A stretch of 35,244 nt of DNA from Prochlorothrix sp. (GTDB lineage Bacteria; Cyanobacteriota; Cyanobacteriia; Prochlorotrichales; Prochlorotrichaceae), in assembly GCA_049452395.1 (NCBI GenBank), contig JBMTWK010000001.1, positions 1 to 35,244 of the forward strand, written 5' to 3'. Positions 1 to 10,632 of the stretch are shown here, in pieces. The notes below the pieces were generated by a model that was not told the DNA's origin, searched no databases, and worked only from the letters and a program-made list of their open reading frames with translations. A program made the position numbers and the translations under genes. Numbering within the stretch: position 1 is the first letter of the stretch; each line of letters starts with the position of its first letter.

Positions 1-24
1 CCTGGGAGTAATTCCTGGGAGTAA

Positions 25-768
25 TTACAGTGCGCCTGCGCTGGGGGTCACCACTACAGACTCCACCACAGAACCCGCCGGAGCTAAGGCAACATGGAGA
101 ATCGATCGGGCAATGGTATCGGGATGGAGCATTTGGCCTCGATCGAAGTCCGCCTGCACCGTTTCGGTATCCCACAGGCCGGTGTTGGTGGCCCCTGGGG
201 TCACCACGGTAACCCGCACCCCATGACAGCGTTCTTCCACCGCGATCGCCTGGGACAAGGCAACCAAACCTGCCTTACTGACGCTGTAGGCCCCCCAGTC
301 CGGAAACGCTTGGTGGGCAGCAATGGAAGAAATATTGATAATGGTGCTGTAGTCCCGGCTGCGTAGGGTTGGCAAAGCACCCTGAATGCAGAGGAAAACG
401 CTGGTTAAGTTCAAATTCAAAACCTGCTGCCAGTCCTCTAGCGGCATGTCACCCAGCGGGCCGGTATAGCCCATTCCTGCGTTATTGACCAAGATGTCAA
501 TCGGGCCATACTGATCACACAGTTGGGCAATGCGTGGCTTGACCTGGGGGAGATCAACAAGATCTAAAGCGGCAACCTGGACCTGAATCGACGTTTGAGC
601 TTGCTGGGCAGCGTGCTGGGCTAACTCAGCCACAGATGCGAGTTCTCCCTGGGAACGCCCCACTAAAACTAAGTCAATACCCGCCTGGGCAAAGGCTAAT
701 GCCGTCGATCGACCAATCCCACGACTCGCACCGGTAATGAGTGCGTGTTTCTGTGTTGGAGATGTCAT
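25..768 (-). CDS. Short-chain dehydrogenase/reductase (SDR), the conserved SDR downstream of accA in cyanobacterial alkane clusters
   Basis: TGASRGIG Rossmann motif, NNAG, catalytic YxxxK (YSVSK); position after ado-aar-accA. Confidence 0.9.
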   Translation of the reverse strand: MTSPTQKHALITGASRGIGRSTALAFAQAGIDLVLVGRSQGELASVAELAQHAAQQAQTSIQVQVAALDLVDLPQVKPRIAQLCDQYGPIDILVNNAGMGYTGPLGDMPLEDWQQVLNLNLTSVFLCIQGALPTLRSRDYSTIINISSIAAHQAFPDWGAYSVSKAGLVALSQAIAVEERCHGVRVTVVTPGATNTGLWDTETVQADFDRGQMLHPDTIARSILHVALAPAGSVVESVVVTPSAGAL

Positions 769-1080
769 GAATTCCTTATGAAATGGAGGCAGGACCGGGG
801 TTGGGGGACCGAATGGACCCTGGTTTCCCTGGCCTCAGGCAAGAACCCTAGGAGCAGTCGAAATTCCCCAAACTGCGTCCGATGGGTTCCAGACCCCTAG
901 GGTCTAGAAATGCACTTCTTCACTTGCCCTCTTGCAAAACGTGATTATCCTCCCCAAAGGCAGGGGTCACCCTGGCTTTTGAAAGAAGTCTCCGGGGGGC
1001 CGCTAGGCTGACTGGACTCCACAGGTCACTGAAGAGCCACCACAATTTCCCCAAAAAGTAAAGAATTATTTCTAAGTCTT

Positions 1081-1086
1081 ATTATA
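1081..1086 (-). promoter_or_regulatory. Putative -10 box (TATAAT) for the SDR gene
   Basis: ATTATA on + strand reads TATAAT on -, in an AT-rich patch about 310 bp upstream of the SDR start; no clear -35. Confidence 0.35.
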
Positions 1087-1198
1087 TCGCAGCGTGTTCA
1101 AATCCCTACGCCTGTTTTGGGGAATTGCTTGAGCGTGGTTTTCGCGCTTGCTGCCCTATTCTCGTGCAACTAGGCCGTGCAACCCTGAAACGCTCCGC

Positions 1199-1225
1199 AG
1201 CGGGTCGGAAGACCCGACCCCTACA
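1199..1225 (-). repeat. GTAG-tagged REP-like palindrome (family B) just downstream of accA
   Basis: Minus strand reads TGTAG-GGGTCGG-GTCTT-CCGACCC; perfect 7-bp stem, 40 bp after the accA stop. Confidence 0.6.
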
Positions 1226-1265
1226 CCCGCGTTGCTCCTGCGATCGAGGTCGTGCCGCCAACCCC

Positions 1266-2240
1266 TTAGGACTCTAGGAAAACCCCTAGTTTCCGAAATT
1301 TTTGATAGCGTTGCTCCCGTCGTTGATCAGGGGTGAGCTGATCGAGGTCGGCAAGGTGGCTCAGCAAGGAGTCTTTGAGGACTTTGGCCGCTTGGAGGGG
1401 ATCGGAGTGGGCACCGCCGAGGGGTTCCGGCAGAATATCATCGACAATGCCAAGGTTTTTAAGGTCAGGGGCCGTAATCTTGAGGGCTTCGGCGGCTTGA
1501 CCGGCTTTGCCCGCATCTTTCCAAAGAATAGCCGCGCAGGCTTCAGGACTGGCCACCGTATAGACCGAGTGCTCAAACATCAACTGACGATCGCCCACGC
1601 CAATACCCAAAGCTCCGCCCGATCCCCCTTCCCCAATCACCGTACAGAGGATGGGCACCTCAAGGCGAAACATTTCCCGCAGGTTATAGGCGATCGCCTC
1701 GCCCTGGCCCTGCTTTTCTGCCTCCACGCCAGCCCAAGCCCCCGGTGTATCAATGAAGGTCAAAATCGGCATCCCAAAGCGATCGGCATGTTCCATTAAC
1801 CGCATCGCCTTCCGGTAGCCCCCCGGAGAAGCCATACCAAAATTACGGGCCACATTATCCTTCGTATCGCGCCCTTTTTGGTGCCCCAACAACAGCACCG
1901 CCCGTCCTTCCAGCCGTGCAATTCCCCCCACCAAGGCGAGGTCATCTCCCCCCCGGCGATCGCCATGGAGTTCAATCCAGTCCTCCGTCATCATCTGCAC
2001 ATAGTCCAGCGTGCTAGGGCGACGGGGGTGGCGGGCTAACTGGATGCGCTGGGCCGGAGAGAGACTGCTAAAAATCTCTTGCCGCAACTGGGCCGCCCGC
2101 TGCTCTAATTGTTGGATCTGTTGGGAAACATCCACCTCGTTTTCTTCGGCCAGTTCCCGAATTTGGGAAATTTGGGCCTCCAGTTCCACGAGGGGTTTTT
2201 CAAAGTCCAACAAAATCGGTTTGCGAGGGGCAGTAGACAT
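1266..2240 (-). CDS. accA: Acetyl-CoA carboxylase carboxyltransferase alpha subunit
   Basis: [36 protein letters not shown] motifs; start moved to ATG at 2240 (MSTAPRKP), 324 aa. Confidence 0.97.
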   Translation of the reverse strand: MSTAPRKPILLDFEKPLVELEAQISQIRELAEENEVDVSQQIQQLEQRAAQLRQEIFSSLSPAQRIQLARHPRRPSTLDYVQMMTEDWIELHGDRRGGDDLALVGGIARLEGRAVLLLGHQKGRDTKDNVARNFGMASPGGYRKAMRLMEHADRFGMPILTFIDTPGAWAGVEAEKQGQGEAIAYNLREMFRLEVPILCTVIGEGGSGGALGIGVGDRQLMFEHSVYTVASPEACAAILWKDAGKAGQAAEALKITAPDLKNLGIVDDILPEPLGGAHSDPLQAAKVLKDSLLSHLADLDQLTPDQRREQRYQKFRKLGVFLES

Positions 2241-2530
2241 AGGTTCAAGGGGGCGATCGTCAGTCGTAAACAGTTGAGGACACAGAGGAATGGCACAGCC
2301 AGCCCCAAATCTAGAGGGCAAGACAGGGCAATGGGCTAGAAGCATTTTACGCCGCCATGGTCCCCGCCTCATGCCCGGTTTACCCAACCTGGACCAGGAG
2401 CGAAAGGCAAGGGGCAGCGCTTGGGGATCCTGTCAATTGGTGGGCGATCGCGAGAAGCTCCCAATCCCGACACCCCCCAAACCCCTCACCCCTCGATCTC
2501 CAACGAGCGTCCCACTTCGGAAGAATCCCG

Positions 2531-2602
2531 GTCGGGGTTGTGCCCCCGTGGCTCCCCTCTTGGGACCAAAACCAGGGCAACCACGGGGGGTTTGCCCCTA
2601 CA
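2531..2602. repeat. Inverted pair of GTAG-type REP palindromes (family A, REPIN-like) between aar and accA
   Basis: Minus strand TGTAGGGGCAAACCCCCCGTGGTTGCCCTGGTTTTGG is nearly identical to the copies at 31467 and 31544; degenerate facing copy at 2531. Confidence 0.75.
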
Positions 2603-2776
2603 CAATCGGTTAACTCGTCACAGTGGGATGGACCCGATCGCCAACCCCCGATCAACAAAACCCCGCTCTTACCAAGGCCCAAGGACAGGCAGCGGGGCTG
2701 TTGATGATTCAGCATGGGCAGACCGGGAGCACATCCCCTAGCCATCACTGACAAAAGTTAGCAAACTCCCAGGCCG

Positions 2777-3802
2777 CTACAGAGGCAGCAGCAGCGGGCG
2801 AAAACCATGGCGGAGGGAAGACTCACCAATTTGCTCCATCTTAGCCAAGGTAATTTGGTTGCGGCCCCAGGAAAAATTGGTGTACCACTTCTCAAACTCC
2901 AGTAGCATCGACTCCGCGAAGCACGCAAACAACTGACGGGCAGGCACATCCATCTGGACCGTTTGCATAATCTTCCAGTCAATATCGAGGGAATGCTCCA
3001 CAATCCCGCCGTTGACCACGTAAATGCCAGGGCGTTGGACCTTCGTGGAGAGATTTTTGGGATATCCCCCATCAATCAAAATACAAGTTTCCTTGAGGGT
3101 GCTAGGCTCAATTTCCATGCCCTTGGGCATACTGGCCACCCAAATAATGACATCAGCCTGGGGTAGCGCTTCCGCCACATCCAGAATTTTGCCCCGACCC
3201 AGTTCCCCTTGAAGTTCCTCCAGCCGTTGCCGATTCCGGGCCACCAGCAGCAACTCAGACACATCAATCCGGGCATTGATCCAGCGGCACACCGCACTGC
3301 CAATGTCGCCCGTTGCCCCCACCACAGCCACCGTAGACCGACTCAGGTCAAGGTTGAGCTGCTGGGCACATCCTTCGAGCTGGCGGCACAATACATAGGC
3401 GGTGTGGGTATTGCCCGTGGTAAAGCGCTCAAAGTCCAGCTTGACGTTGCGCACCTGGGGCCGCTCGGACAGATTAAAATTCTCAAAAATAATGGAGGAA
3501 AAGCCACCAAGAGCCGTGATATCGAGGCCATTCTTTTGGGCGTGGGACATGGCGTTCAAGATCTTGCGGATGGCCGTCTTAGCGTAGCGGTTGGCCAACA
3601 TTTCGGGCAAAAAGCACGACTCCACATACTTACCATGGATCACCTGACCCGTGGCACTGGTAACCGTAATATCATCCACAATCAGCGGGGGAGCACTACA
3701 CCAAAACTCCAAACCCTGATCGGCATACTCCATGTAGCCAAATTCACGCGCTACAGAGCGAGCATGTTCTAGATTTGTCAGGTGACCGATGAGACCAAAC
3801 AT
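2777..3802 (-). CDS. aar: Long-chain acyl-ACP reductase (alkane biosynthesis)
   Basis: [10 protein letters not shown]-terminus, [26 protein letters not shown] catalytic Cys region, FSWGRNQI; start at ATG 3802, 341 aa. Confidence 0.97.
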   Translation of the reverse strand: MFGLIGHLTNLEHARSVAREFGYMEYADQGLEFWCSAPPLIVDDITVTSATGQVIHGKYVESCFLPEMLANRYAKTAIRKILNAMSHAQKNGLDITALGGFSSIIFENFNLSERPQVRNVKLDFERFTTGNTHTAYVLCRQLEGCAQQLNLDLSRSTVAVVGATGDIGSAVCRWINARIDVSELLLVARNRQRLEELQGELGRGKILDVAEALPQADVIIWVASMPKGMEIEPSTLKETCILIDGGYPKNLSTKVQRPGIYVVNGGIVEHSLDIDWKIMQTVQMDVPARQLFACFAESMLLEFEKWYTNFSWGRNQITLAKMEQIGESSLRHGFRPLLLPL

Positions 3803-3983
3803 GATGTCCGTAAAAGAAATTTGAGGGGTAGCCCAGCACCCCCGAAACCAGGGACGCGGGAAAAAAACTAGAAGCAGGGAAGCTTCCCAAACACAGAGAC
3901 TGGGCAAAGGGGTCAGACTTGACCGTGCCCAATCTCTGGGATAACTCTAGGAATGCGGTGGGCAGGGTTCAGCGTCTCAACGG

Positions 3984-4679
3984 TTATGCAACAGCCAAGC
4001 CATGCATGGACAGACGCAGGAGTTCCCGCTTGTTAAAGCCGATATTTTCCAGGGCGTCGCCGTACTGAATCATGAAGTCTTCCACTAGGGCTGACTTCTC
4101 CATTCCCAAGGCGTTGGCATCGTCAGCCACCTGGTTCAGCATTTTCCAAATCAGGGGAAGATTTTGGCGGTTTGCTTCTTCGAGTTCGGCTTTGGAGTCT
4201 TCAAAGTTGGCTTTGAGCCATTCCTCACCGAAGTTGAGGTGGGAATATTCATCTTCGACTACGCCTTCAGTGATCTTGCGGGCAAAGGCATCGGCGACGG
4301 GAATATAGATGTTGTAGGCCGCGATCGCAAAGCATTCAATGATTAGGGATTGGATGAGCAGACAGGTGACCAATTTGCCCTCAGCGGCTGCCTTTTGGAA
4401 GTTGCCATGGAGGTCAGCGAAAAACTCCCGAGCAAAGTCCATATCGGGGGTGACCTTTAGGTTCCGGCCACAGGCTTGGAAGCCTTTTTTGTGGCGGCTT
4501 TCCATTTTGGCTAGTCGGTTGAGATCTGCCTCGTGGTTTGGCAGAAGCTTCGTTAAGCTGAGGTAGTTTTCGTAAGCTTCTTGCTCACCTTCAATCACAA
4601 TGGCATTGATGCGGCTGTAGGCATCTTTGTAGGTTGAGCTTTGGTAGTCCATTTCAAAGCTAGCCTCAGGCTGCTGCAT
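3984..4679 (-). CDS. ado: Aldehyde deformylating oxygenase (alkane biosynthesis)
   Basis: [19 protein letters not shown], di-iron ExxH motifs (ESRH, EYSH); start ATG 4679 preceded by a purine-rich RBS (AGGAGAGGGG), 231 aa. Confidence 0.97.
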   Translation of the reverse strand: MQQPEASFEMDYQSSTYKDAYSRINAIVIEGEQEAYENYLSLTKLLPNHEADLNRLAKMESRHKKGFQACGRNLKVTPDMDFAREFFADLHGNFQKAAAEGKLVTCLLIQSLIIECFAIAAYNIYIPVADAFARKITEGVVEDEYSHLNFGEEWLKANFEDSKAELEEANRQNLPLIWKMLNQVADDANALGMEKSALVEDFMIQYGDALENIGFNKRELLRLSMHGLAVA

Positions 4680-5272
4680 AGGTTTACCCCTCTCCTTATA
4701 GATAGATACTTTTGTGAAACGACTTATGTGCAAAAGTGCAAGCGGGTGGCCACGGCTCTGGGCTGCAAGGTAGATTCGGCACGCAGGTCGGACGGAATCG
4801 TGACACGGTGGGATTCTGAAGGTGCCGGGGGGACAACTCTCAACCGTTGCGGGCAGAGAGCGCTACTGGCGGAGTCCGTTTAGAGTGGGCCGGGGTCCAC
4901 TGGCACTAGGGTGAGAAACAGAGCATCGTCAACTGTTGAGATTAAGGGATATCCCTAGGGGGGGGTACTCCCTCAATGCAGGTTTAGCAGGTGCAATGCG
5001 GTGTTTCTAGCCACATCCTGAGAATAAAAATAGCCCGGATTTAAGATCCGAGGTCAGTCTTTACTCTACACTCTAGCGGCTTTTTTATAGTTTTGTAATG
5101 ACGATATTCCAATCTTAGCCCATCCCTGGTATCGCCGCTGTCTTTTCTGAACGTTACGATCGCAATTCTGGACCTAAGTCCGTTTGGCTCTAGGCTCCAG
5201 CCCGTCTTAACAGGTTCTTAACCCTGGAATCTGGTGCCTTCAGGCCGGGGGAAGGGCTAGATTTCTTAATCT

Positions 5273-6094
5273 CTAGGGTTGGTTTTTTTTATGGGTCTGG
5301 GGCGGCTGGAAGTGGTGGGCGGCGGTGATGGCTTGGACCCAACCCTGGGCGAGGGAGGTGAGAATACGATCGCCCTTGTCCCGCGAGGCCGTTGTGGGAT
5401 CCCCTAAAACACCGCTCTGGCTAAGGTCACGGGTGGCCCAGGCAAAGGGAAGGTTGCCCTCTAGGGACAAAATGCCGTCGGTGGGCAGACCTTGGGGATA
5501 TTCGGCGATCGCCGCGTCTAGGTTGACCTGATCGGGCAAGAGGGCAAGCATCAAGCTGGTTTCGGCATCTCCGGCATGGATCCCCAGTTCTAGCTCCTTG
5601 GTGCTCAGCCACTGGCCTACCTGGTTGGGCACGCTCCAAACAAACCAAGGGAAAACCCAAAAGTCGCCATAGCGCAGATGGAGATCCCGCGCCACGATTT
5701 CCAAAACCTGGGGCTGGCCCCCATGGCCGTTGAGCAAGACCCAACGCCGGAACCCAGCCCGATAGAGGCTTTCCCCAACTTCCATGAGGGTATTGATGAG
5801 GGTCTCGGCGCTGAGGGTGAGGGTGCCGGGGAAGTGGAGGTGTTCGTTGGATTTGCCGTAGTAGAGGGGGGGGAGGGCGTAGGCGGGGAGGGCGGGATCC
5901 AGGTTTTCTAGGGCGCGACCGAGAACGCCAAGGGCGATCGTGGCATCAACGGCCAGGGGTAGATGGGGGCCATGTTGTTCGATCGCGCCGATCGGTTGGA
6001 TGATCACCACCCGATCTTTGTCGGGCATATCCCGGATTTGGGTCCAAGACAGGTAGGCCAAGAAGCGGTGGGGGGGAAGGTAGCCATGGAGCAT
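5273..6094 (-). CDS. Creatininase / creatinine amidohydrolase family protein
   Basis: PIGAIEQHGPHLP, SNEH..FPGT, NGHGGQ, HAGDAETS, SGVLGDP motifs. Confidence 0.9.
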   Translation of the reverse strand: MLHGYLPPHRFLAYLSWTQIRDMPDKDRVVIIQPIGAIEQHGPHLPLAVDATIALGVLGRALENLDPALPAYALPPLYYGKSNEHLHFPGTLTLSAETLINTLMEVGESLYRAGFRRWVLLNGHGGQPQVLEIVARDLHLRYGDFWVFPWFVWSVPNQVGQWLSTKELELGIHAGDAETSLMLALLPDQVNLDAAIAEYPQGLPTDGILSLEGNLPFAWATRDLSQSGVLGDPTTASRDKGDRILTSLAQGWVQAITAAHHFQPPQTHKKNQP

Positions 6095-6216
6095 GGTTGG
6101 GCAGGCGGGGTTAGTAGCAGGTGAACAACGGGAAACGGGAAAGCACTATAGAATGAAGCCTAGGGAGGGTAATTCCTTAAAAGTTTTCAGTTTTAAAATC
6201 GTCTGATAATCTTCAT

Positions 6217-7308
6217 ATGTCAGTTTTAGCTACGATCGGTGTCCTCGCGCTCTTAATTACCGTCCATGAACTGGGCCACTTCCTCGCAGCACGGCTCCAG
6301 GGGATCTATGCCAACCGCTTCTCCATTGGCTTTGGTCCGGTGGTTTTAAAGTACCAAGGCAAGCAAACAGAGTATGCGATTCGGGCCTTTCCCCTGGGGG
6401 GATTTGTGGGGTTTCCGGACGATGATCCCGACAGTGGCATTGCCCCGGATGATCCCAACCTGCTGCGCAACCGTCCCGTGGCCGATCGGGCGATCGTCAT
6501 CAGTGCCGGGGTCATTGCCAACTTGGTCTTTGCCTATCTGGTGCTGGTGTCTCAGTTTGGGTTTGTCGGCGTGCCCAATGGCTTTAACTATCAGCCCGGT
6601 GTAGTCATTCCCCAGGTGGTCGGCGACAATTCCGCTGCCGCTGTAGCCGGGATCCAGGCGGGCGATATTATCTTGCGGGCTGATGATCTCGTCTTTGGTG
6701 GGGTCGATGGGGGCGTGCAGGCCCTTGTCGATAAGATTAGCCAAGCCCCAGAGGAGACGATCGAACTAGAAGTGCAGCGGGGCAAACAAACGCTATTGCT
6801 GACGGTGACCCCCGATCGCACCAGCGACGGTCAAGGTCGGATTGGGGTCCAACTCGCCCCCAACGGCAAGCTCACCTATCGCCGTCCCCAGGGACTGGCC
6901 GAAATTTTCGCCCTCGCCTCAACCCAGTTCCAGGATATGCTCTTCCGCATTATCCAAGGCTTCCAAATGCTGATTACCAACTTCCAGGAAATGGCCTCCC
7001 AGGTGGCGAGTCCGGTCAAAATTGTGGAGTGGGGAGCCAATATCGCCGAAGCCGATTCGGGTAATCTCTTTTTCTTTGCGGCCTTTGTCAGCATTAACCT
7101 GGCGGTGGTCAATATTCTGCCCCTTCCGGCCTTGGATGGTGGTCAGTTGGTGTTTTTGCTGATCGAAGGGCTACGGGGTCGCCCCTTGCCGACCCAGGTC
7201 CAAGAGGGGGTCATGCAGACTGGATTTTTGCTGTTGGTGGGATTAGGGCTGTTCTTGATTGTGCGCGACACGGCCCAGTTACCGGCGCTTCAGCAGTTGT
7301 TTCAGTAG
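6217..7308 (+). CDS. rseP: RIP intramembrane metalloprotease RseP (M50, PDZ)
   Basis: HELGH zinc motif, FSIGFGP, PLGGFV, NILPLPALDGG; central PDZ-like region. Confidence 0.95.
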   Translation: MSVLATIGVLALLITVHELGHFLAARLQGIYANRFSIGFGPVVLKYQGKQTEYAIRAFPLGGFVGFPDDDPDSGIAPDDPNLLRNRPVADRAIVISAGVIANLVFAYLVLVSQFGFVGVPNGFNYQPGVVIPQVVGDNSAAAVAGIQAGDIILRADDLVFGGVDGGVQALVDKISQAPEETIELEVQRGKQTLLLTVTPDRTSDGQGRIGVQLAPNGKLTYRRPQGLAEIFALASTQFQDMLFRIIQGFQMLITNFQEMASQVASPVKIVEWGANIAEADSGNLFFFAAFVSINLAVVNILPLPALDGGQLVFLLIEGLRGRPLPTQVQEGVMQTGFLLLVGLGLFLIVRDTAQLPALQQLFQ

Positions 7309-7323
7309 GTTCTGTCCAAGCCT

Positions 7324-8028
7324 ATGTCTACGATGGTCAGCAGCCGCAGGCTCGGTCCCAAAAAGCAGCGTGCCCTAGAGCTGTTGACCCGCCTCCAGCG
7401 GCTTTACCCCGATGCCACCTGTTCCCTCACCTACGAAACCCCGGTGCAGCTCTTGGTGGCGACCATTCTCTCGGCCCAATGCACCGACGATCGGGTCAAT
7501 TTGGTCACCCCAGGGCTGTTCCAGCGCTTTCCCGATGCAGCGGCCTTGGCGGGGGCCGATCGGGACGAACTGGAAGCCCTGATTAAGTCCACGGGGTTCT
7601 ACCGCAACAAGGCCAAGCATATCCAGGGAGCCTGCCACAAAATTATGGTGGATTTCGGCGGAGTGGTCCCCCAGCGCATGGACGAGCTGCTAACGCTGCC
7701 GGGGGTGGCCCGCAAGACGGCCAATGTGGTTTTGGCCCATGCCTTTGGCTTAAATATGGGCGTAACGGTGGATACCCATGTTAAGCGCCTGAGTGGGCGG
7801 CTAGGTCTGACGAAGCAAACGGATCCCGTGAAGGTGGAGCGGGACTTAATGAAGCTGTTGCCCCAGCCGGACTGGGAAAATTGGTCGATTCGGTTGATTT
7901 ACCACGGTCGTGCCGTTTGTATGGCCCGGAAACCCGCCTGCGATCGCTGCCAGCTTGCCGATCTCTGCCCCCAAGCGGGGGTGGACCGATCGCCCCAATC
8001 TGCCAAGACTGCCCGTCTAGATCCTTAA
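7324..8028 (+). CDS. nth: Endonuclease III
   Basis: LSAQCTD, HhH LPGVARKTANVVL, VDTHV, C-X6-C-X2-C-X5-C 4Fe-4S motif. Confidence 0.96.
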   Translation: MSTMVSSRRLGPKKQRALELLTRLQRLYPDATCSLTYETPVQLLVATILSAQCTDDRVNLVTPGLFQRFPDAAALAGADRDELEALIKSTGFYRNKAKHIQGACHKIMVDFGGVVPQRMDELLTLPGVARKTANVVLAHAFGLNMGVTVDTHVKRLSGRLGLTKQTDPVKVERDLMKLLPQPDWENWSIRLIYHGRAVCMARKPACDRCQLADLCPQAGVDRSPQSAKTARLDP

Positions 8029-8116
8029 AAGAATCGCCCTGTAGAGCGGGTTTGGCGGGGGGTCGGGCTAGGGTGAGAAAATATTAGCCCCGCAGCCGCG
8101 ATCGTGTGCTGAACTC

Positions 8117-8150
8117 TTTGCCGAGACTTTGCCGAGACTTTGCCGAAATT
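8117..8150. repeat. 11-bp tandem repeat x3 (TTTGCCGAGAC)
   Basis: tttgccgagac tttgccgagac tttgccgaaat read directly. Confidence 0.8.
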
Positions 8151-8215
8151 CAGAGGCCGGGATACAGGGTACAGCGGGGCTAATGGAACAGTTCTGTTGT
8201 GGTGGAGAAAACTCC

Positions 8216-8455
8216 ATGTGTCTTGCGGTTCCTGGTCAATTGGTCAGCCTCCAACCCCATGACGACCCCCTGCAAGTCAAGGGAAAAGTCAGTTTTGGCG
8301 GCGTGCTGCGGGAGGTCAGCCTTGCCTATGTGCCAGAGGCACAGGTGGGAGACTATCTAGTGGTGCATGTGGGATTTGCCTTGAGCGTTCTGAGTCAGGA
8401 AGATGCCCAGCAAACCCTGGAGGAAATTGCCCAATTAGAGCCAGTTTCCCCCTAA
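8216..8455 (+). CDS. hypC: Hydrogenase maturation chaperone HypC
   Basis: MCLAVPG N-terminus (Cys2), [11 protein letters not shown]; GGAG RBS upstream; true start is ATG 8216, not 8129. Confidence 0.95.
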   Translation: MCLAVPGQLVSLQPHDDPLQVKGKVSFGGVLREVSLAYVPEAQVGDYLVVHVGFALSVLSQEDAQQTLEEIAQLEPVSP

Positions 8456-8460
8456 AAACT

Positions 8461-9648
8461 ATGAAATTTGTCGATGAATTTCGGGATGGGGACAAAACCC
8501 AGGCGATCGCCCACGCCCTCGATCGCCTGGTCACCCGCCCCTGGACGATTATGGAAATTTGCGGCGGCCAAACCCATGCCATTGTCAAATATGGCCTAGA
8601 TACGCTGCTGCCCCCCGGCCTAACCCTAATCCATGGCCCCGGCTGCCCGGTCTGTGTGACCCCCAGCGCCTTGATCGATCAGGCGATCGCCCTGGCCCAG
8701 AATCCCAACATCATCCTTTGTTCCTTTGGCGATATGCTGCGGGTGCCCGGTTCGGGCGTTGAGCGACCCCTAGCTCTCGATACTGTCAACATAAACGCAC
8801 CGCCACCGCTACCCCTGGATCTCCTCAGTGCCAAAGCCGCCGGGGGGGATGTGCGCATGGTTTACTCGCCCTTGGATGCCCTCAAGTTGGCCCAGGACAA
8901 CCCCGATCGCCAAGTCGTCTTTTTTGCCGTCGGCTTTGAAACCACCGCCCCCACCACCGCCCTCGCCGTCCACCAAGCCAAAAGCCTCGGTTTAGCCAAT
9001 TTTTCGCTGCTCTCTTCCCATGTTTTAGTGCCTCCAGCCATGGAAGCCCTCCTCTCCTCGCCCCAGTGCCAAGTTCAAGGCTTCTTAGCCGCCGGTCATG
9101 TCTGTACCGTCATGGGCTATGGCCAATATCCGCCGATCGCCCAGCGCTACGGAGTGCCGATCGTAGTGACGGGGTTTGAGCCGCTGGACGTGATGCAAGG
9201 TATTTACAAATGTGTGCAGCAGTTGGAAGCAGGACAGGCCACCGTCGAGAACCAATATGGCCGATCGGTGCGGCCTGAGGGCAATCCCGCAGCCCAGGCC
9301 ATGCTAAACCAGGTTTTTGAAATCATTCCGCGCCAGTGGCGGGGCTTGGGGGAAATTCCCGCCAGTGGCCTAGGCTTGCGATCGGCCTACCAAGCCTTTG
9401 ACGCAAGCCACAAGTTTCGATCGCAGCTTCCCGCCGCCGATCCCGCCCCCCGGCCCAGCCCCTGCATCAGCGGCCAAATTCTCCAAGGTCTCCAAAAGCC
9501 CCCCCAATGTCCGGCCTTTGGCACCGCCTGCACTCCAGAAACCCCCCTTGGTGCCCCCATGGTTTCCTCCGAGGGAGCCTGTGCCGCCTATTTCCGCTAT
9601 CGCCAGTCCCACCAGGACCAACCCAAGGCCCATCTCATCAAAAACTAG
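8461..9648 (+). CDS. hypD: Hydrogenase maturation protein HypD
   Basis: [38 protein letters not shown] motifs. Confidence 0.96.
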   Translation: MKFVDEFRDGDKTQAIAHALDRLVTRPWTIMEICGGQTHAIVKYGLDTLLPPGLTLIHGPGCPVCVTPSALIDQAIALAQNPNIILCSFGDMLRVPGSGVERPLALDTVNINAPPPLPLDLLSAKAAGGDVRMVYSPLDALKLAQDNPDRQVVFFAVGFETTAPTTALAVHQAKSLGLANFSLLSSHVLVPPAMEALLSSPQCQVQGFLAAGHVCTVMGYGQYPPIAQRYGVPIVVTGFEPLDVMQGIYKCVQQLEAGQATVENQYGRSVRPEGNPAAQAMLNQVFEIIPRQWRGLGEIPASGLGLRSAYQAFDASHKFRSQLPAADPAPRPSPCISGQILQGLQKPPQCPAFGTACTPETPLGAPMVSSEGACAAYFRYRQSHQDQPKAHLIKN

Positions 9649-9864
9649 GGCTAAGGCAACCGGCAAGCCGTAGAAACAACAGGATTGGGACAGCAGCCCT
9701 TGAAGCACGTTGTACAAGACATTTCTAGTGTAGAATCGGTCAGAAGCCTAGGGGCCAACCCCAATGAGGCATTCTGTTAGGGAGACAGGGAATCAGGTAT
9801 CTCTGCGGGGCTGGGAATGGGGCGTGTGTTCACCCGGATTTCCATCCCCCCACGTGACATAGGT

Positions 9865-10632
9865 ATGAAATTAATGAAGCTACACTTCACAGGCGCAACG
9901 GACAAGGGCCTGATTCGCTCCAGTAACCAAGACTCTTTTTTTGTCGATCCAGAGGGTCGTTTTTTTATTGTGGCGGATGGGATGGGGGGCCATGCAGGGG
10001 GCCAAGAGGCTAGTTCTCTGGCCACAAAGGTGATTCAGCAGCACCTGCTTGATCATTGGGACAGTGAGCAAACCTCCCCGGACTTATTGCGTAAGGCGAT
10101 CGTCCGCGCCAATGAAGCCATCTTGCAGGACCAAATCCTCCACCCGGAGCGGTCCGACATGGGAACGACCGTTGTGGTGGTCCTATTCCGGCCCCTGCCC
10201 CAAACCCAAGATTCCCTGCCCCAGCCCTGGTGCGCCCATGTCGGGGACTCCCGCCTCTACCAACTGCGGGGGGCCAAGCTCAGCCAAGTCACCGAGGATC
10301 ACACCTGGGTGAACCGGGCCATGAAGCTGGGCAATATTACGCCGGAGCAAATGCGGGTCCATCCGTGGCGACATGTGCTGTCCCAATGTTTGGGGCGGCC
10401 TGATTTGCTCCAGATTGATGTGCAGCAGTTGGAGATGATTCCGGGCGATCGCCTCCTGCTCTGTAGCGATGGCCTGACGGAAGAACTGGCCGATGATCAA
10501 ATTGCCAGCTACCTCAAGCAGATTCGGGCCTGTGGCATGGCCACGGAAGCCTTAATTAATGCAGCCAAGGATCGAGGAGGGCGCGACAATATCACGGTCG
10601 TGGTGATTATGGCGGATATGCATGAAGAGTAA
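9865..10632 (+). CDS. PP2C/PPM-type Ser/Thr protein phosphatase (PphA/Stp1-like)
   Basis: TDKGLIR..NQD, VADGMGG, MGTT, HVGDSR, LCSDGL, DNIT; start at 9865 or 9874 uncertain. Confidence 0.92.
   Translation: MKLMKLHFTGATDKGLIRSSNQDSFFVDPEGRFFIVADGMGGHAGGQEASSLATKVIQQHLLDHWDSEQTSPDLLRKAIVRANEAILQDQILHPERSDMGTTVVVVLFRPLPQTQDSLPQPWCAHVGDSRLYQLRGAKLSQVTEDHTWVNRAMKLGNITPEQMRVHPWRHVLSQCLGRPDLLQIDVQQLEMIPGDRLLLCSDGLTEELADDQIASYLKQIRACGMATEALINAAKDRGGRDNITVVVIMADMHEE

Noticed and set aside
2241-2387. N-terminal extensions in the ORF track (accA, aar, ado, hypC, ATPase, atpE, atpF, ispG)
   Set aside because: Family-typical N-termini begin at downstream ATGs; the extensions are non-conserved-looking or overlap neighbouring genes
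1266-4679. ado-aar-accA alkane cluster as a novel system
   Set aside because: Well-described, conserved cyanobacterial pathway and gene order
6121-6147. GGAAACGGGAAAG resembling the loop motif of cyanobacterial Yfr2 sRNAs
   Set aside because: No convincing enclosing stem or 5' GTGAGGA-type motif; it lies in a short divergent promoter region
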